Of a stretch of DNA of 64,000 nt, positions 60,519 to 64,000 are shown piece after piece (positions within the stretch are counted from its first letter, which is position 1; the number at the start of each line of letters is the position of its first letter). The DNA comes from Hydrolagus colliei (Eukaryota), in the NCBI GenBank assembly GCA_035084275.1, contig CM068757.1, positions 16,802,001 through 16,866,000 on the forward strand. Direction: 5' to 3'. Both the position numbers and the translations under genes were made by a program. The notes beneath the pieces are model-generated. The model did not search any database. It saw only the letters and a list, made by a program, of their open reading frames with translations, and was not told the origin of the DNA.

Positions 60519-61335
60519 CAGGTAGACCCCGTTTACCAAACGCCTGGTTACCGAAACTTCACTATAACAAGGGTTTCTATTTGTACCACTTCTCCGCTTT
60601 CGCTATAACGAATGTTTACACACATTTTAAATCTTGCGGGCTTCTCGTGTGCAGCTTCTCATGTGCAGCTTCTCTCTTGTTGCCCCAGCAACGCACACAC
60701 AGTCTTTAGCGTGCCTCAGTTAAATAATGCAGCCCCTCCCATATGGGAGGAGCTTAAGCGGCAGGATGCTTCGTGCCTTCAATAATAGTAAGTCAAGATG
60801 GTGGTGGGGGGTGATAGAGAGATAGAGAGGAGGGGGGATAGAGAGGGAGGGGGGCATAGAGAGGGAGGGGAGGGAGGATAGAGAGATAAGGTGGAGGGGG
60901 GATGGAGAGATAGAGAGGAGTGGGGGTGGGTAGAGAGAAAGAAAGGAGGTGGGGTAGAGAGAAAGAGAGGGGGATGGTAGAGAGAAAGAGAGGAGGGGGA
61001 GGCAGAAAGAACTTGTCCTGAGATGCCTGGGGCCCAGTTTGCGATATTTCAGTGTAGTGACTGAAGACCTGGCAGGTAGGATTGGCATTTTTATTCCTGC
61101 AATTTTTGTCACATTCTGGATTCCGGAACTCCGGACTTTTGGCTGCTCAACCTGTACACCAAACATGTTAGCGCCAGGAACCGCCAGGAGCTAAACTGAT
61201 GTTAGCGGGGAGGCTCGGGGCGGCATTTTGGCTGCGGCCAAATACGGTAATACAGTTAAACTCTCGCTTAATTAAATTTTTGCTTAACGAATGGTTTTAA
61301 AGTCCCTAACCCCTTCGTTAAGCGGGGTCTATCTA
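60519..61335. mobile_element. Tc1/mariner (Tigger-like) non-autonomous element
   Basis: TA|CAGGTAGACCCCGTTTA at the left and TAAGCGGGGTCTATCTA|TA at the right form imperfect TIRs with TA flanks. Confidence 0.5.
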
Positions 61336-61857
61336 TATATAGCATCTCCACTTCCGATAGAGTCTCAGAGTATGTAGCATTATTGGAGGCTGACTCTGAG
61401 ATGGGGAGTGAGGAGTAAGGTGTAACGAGTAAGGTGACTATAAGCCCTGATTAAGTGGAATGTTTTCAGGTAGAACTTGAAAATGGGGAGGGAAGAGGCA
61501 ACATGGATAGAATGAGGGAGAGTATTCCTGTGGGTGAAAGATCTACCTCAGATGGTGGAACCTAGAGTGCGAGTGCAAACAGGAGACCAGTGAAACTTTC
61601 GGCCTTGAAACTAATCGCTATGGGCCATGGGTTTACTACTTATTTCATTAAAAAAATTACGACGTTGTTTGCAGTAAACCCACAGGACATAACTAACTTT
61701 GCGTTTGAGTCAAAATCCAAATTGTTACCGGTTTCTGACAAGCACTGACTTCTCAGCTAAGAAACATGGTTACACATATCAAACACACAATTTTAACAAC
61801 ACAATTTACTTTTTAGAGCGACTTTCACTTCAAGAGGTCGTCCCAAAACATTGATTT

Positions 61858-62490
61858 AACTCCTCTTCATACTCTATATGCTCCCGCTTGGTGATATCAT
61901 CCGCAGACATGGGTAAATTTCCACATGTATGCAAATGATACCCAACTCTACCTTTCTGCTTCCATCCTGAACTCCACGACTATCAGCGTCCTGCGTGTCT
62001 GACATTGAATCCTGGATGAAAAACAACTTTCTCCAGATGAATGTCTGCAAGACTGAGGCCCTCGTTATTGGCTCACATCAGTGCCTCCGCACCTTAGGCA
62101 CTGACACCATCAGCATCCAGGGCTGCACACTCCACCTCTCTAAGCCTGTCAGGAACCTTGGTGTCTTATTCAACCATGAACTGTCTTTCCTCCCTCACAT
62201 CCGTGCCATGATCAGTACTGCCTTCCACCACCTTCGCAGCATTGCCAGACTCCACCACTGCCTCACCCTCTGATGAAACCCTCACATTCATCATATCAAG
62301 GCTCGACTATGGAAATTCCTTTCTTGTCGGCCTTCCTCGTTCTTCCCTTGAAAACCTGCAGATCATCCAGAACTCTGCAGCTCGTGTCCTCACATGCATC
62401 AAGCTCTGCGACCACATCACTCGCACATTTGCCCGGCTCCACTAGCTCCCCATCCCTCAGAGGATCAAAATCAAGATCCACGTCCTCACT
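61858..62490 (+). mobile_element. L2 RT fragment
   Basis: [41 protein letters not shown]. Confidence 0.88.
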
Positions 62491-62929
62491 TCAAGTTCAT
62501 TCACGGCTGAATCTAGCGGCTGAAAGCTAAAACCAGATGGTTTTGGCCTTGAAATTACTCATTATTAGCTGCGGGTTTACTATTTTTTCACGAAATACTG
62601 TACAATGTTCATAGTAAATACTGTACAATGTTTGTTGTAAACCCACAGGACAAAACTAAAGTTGTGTTCAATTCAAAAGCCAAATTCTTGCTGGTTTCTC
62701 ACAAACAGCAACAGCTGGGAATGACACAGCAGCCTCACTCCACACTGGACAGCATTTCAGAGCATTTTATAATAACGGATCCCGGGACCGAGCCGGGGGT
62801 GGGGGGTGGTGGGGGAAGAAGGTGACTGAAAGCACGGTCGACGCTGGTTTCTCAGTTAAGAAGTGATGAGGAAAATGGCGGCGAGAGAGACACACGGGTC
62901 TAGAGCTGTCTCTGTCTCTGTGCAGTAAA

Positions 62930-64000
62930 AGCATTAAGAGCATATGGCAGAGATTGCTCAACCTGACCTGAGCAACAGCCCTGGCACCATCCCCAGCCAC
63001 AGACTTGGCTCCAGCCCCGAGACTCACAGCCCCGGCTCCGGCCACAGTCCCAGGACCCCCGGCCCCAGACCCAGACCCAGCCACAGCCACAGCCCCAGAA
63101 CCCATACCCCTGGCTCCGTGACACACTGCCCCGGTTTCAAGACCAGCCCCGCGACACACAGCCCCGGCTCCAAGACCCACAGCCACGAGACTCACGGCCC
63201 TGGTCCCGGCTCCAGCCTCGACGCGGCGACCCATAGCACGGACACACGGCGACCGGACCTAAAACCCACAACCCCAGCCTCGGCCGCAGCCCCGGTCAGG
63301 CTTCAGACCGCAGCGCCTCTGCACCCCCAGCCGTGGCCTCATATCCCTTGGGATGATGCCGCCCCATTGACCCTCGCTCCTGGTCCCCCGCGTGCGCAAT
63401 ATGGCTGCCGCCACGACCCGAGCTTCCCTCCCCCTATTCAAGCTTTTCCCCCCAACCCCCCCTCTCCGTTATTCCTTCTCTACCCTTTTTTCTCTTCGCC
63501 CTCCTCGCCTACTGTCCCTGCTCGACCCTCCCACCGCTTCCCTCTGTTCCAGTATTGGAATCCTCCGTCGGGCTCACCGTGGCACTCGGCGCTGGCTGTC
63601 CAACAGCAGCCACACCAAGTGCCCTGTCCCCCACCATCCCCGCCAGCCCCACCGGACACAAACCCGGGGGGTCAACCTCTCCTCCCTTATTCAGATCCCC
63701 ACCCTCCCCGCCGACCATCCCAGCCCCCCCTCACAACCCTCGGCCAACTGCTTTTTCCGCATCGGCCTCCAAAATGTCCGCTCTGTCTGTAACAAGGCAC
63801 TGACCATCAACGATCTCATCCTTGGTGAGAACGTTGACATCATGGCCCTGACGGAGACTTGGATCACCCCAGGCGACACTTTCCCCCTTGTTGAAGCCAC
63901 ACCACCCAACTACACATTCCACCATGCTCCTCGACCCAACCGTCGTGGCGGTGGCGTGGCCCTCATCTCAAAGACATCCCTCGCCCTATCCCCCCGGCTC
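62930..64000 (+). mobile_element. L2 LINE 5' region with start of the APE endonuclease (63755 to window end)
   Basis: FRIGLQNVRSVCNKALTINDLILGENVDIMALTETWI..PPNYTFHHAPRPNRRGGGVALISK; runs off the window. Confidence 0.88.

Overview
Eukaryotic, repeat-dense vertebrate DNA. A cartilaginous fish is inferred from the V-domain types and the CR1/L2/tRNA-SINE/Penelope repertoire; the species cannot be fixed from sequence. Recognisable genes are all on the minus strand. (1) An intact three-coding-exon SBK-family Ser/Thr kinase (8484-8313, 3765-3563, 2771-2085; 353 aa). (2) Four T-cell-receptor alpha/delta-type V segments at about 16.1, 20.1, 23.0 and 25.5 kb, each followed by a recombination signal sequence (RSS) facing the kinase gene. 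One is open, one has an in-frame stop 2 nt before its heptamer, and two are pseudogenes absent from or only partly visible in the ORF track. No D, J or C segment was found. (3) A doubly frameshifted Ig-domain exon of LRC/FcR-like type at 30.2-30.5 kb. The rest is CR1 and L2 LINE fragments, tRNA-derived SINEs, a decayed nested Ty3/Gypsy element, non-autonomous DNA transposons, Penelope-like ends and long minisatellites, one of which resembles an Ig switch region. Most long ORFs in the track are low-complexity artefacts.
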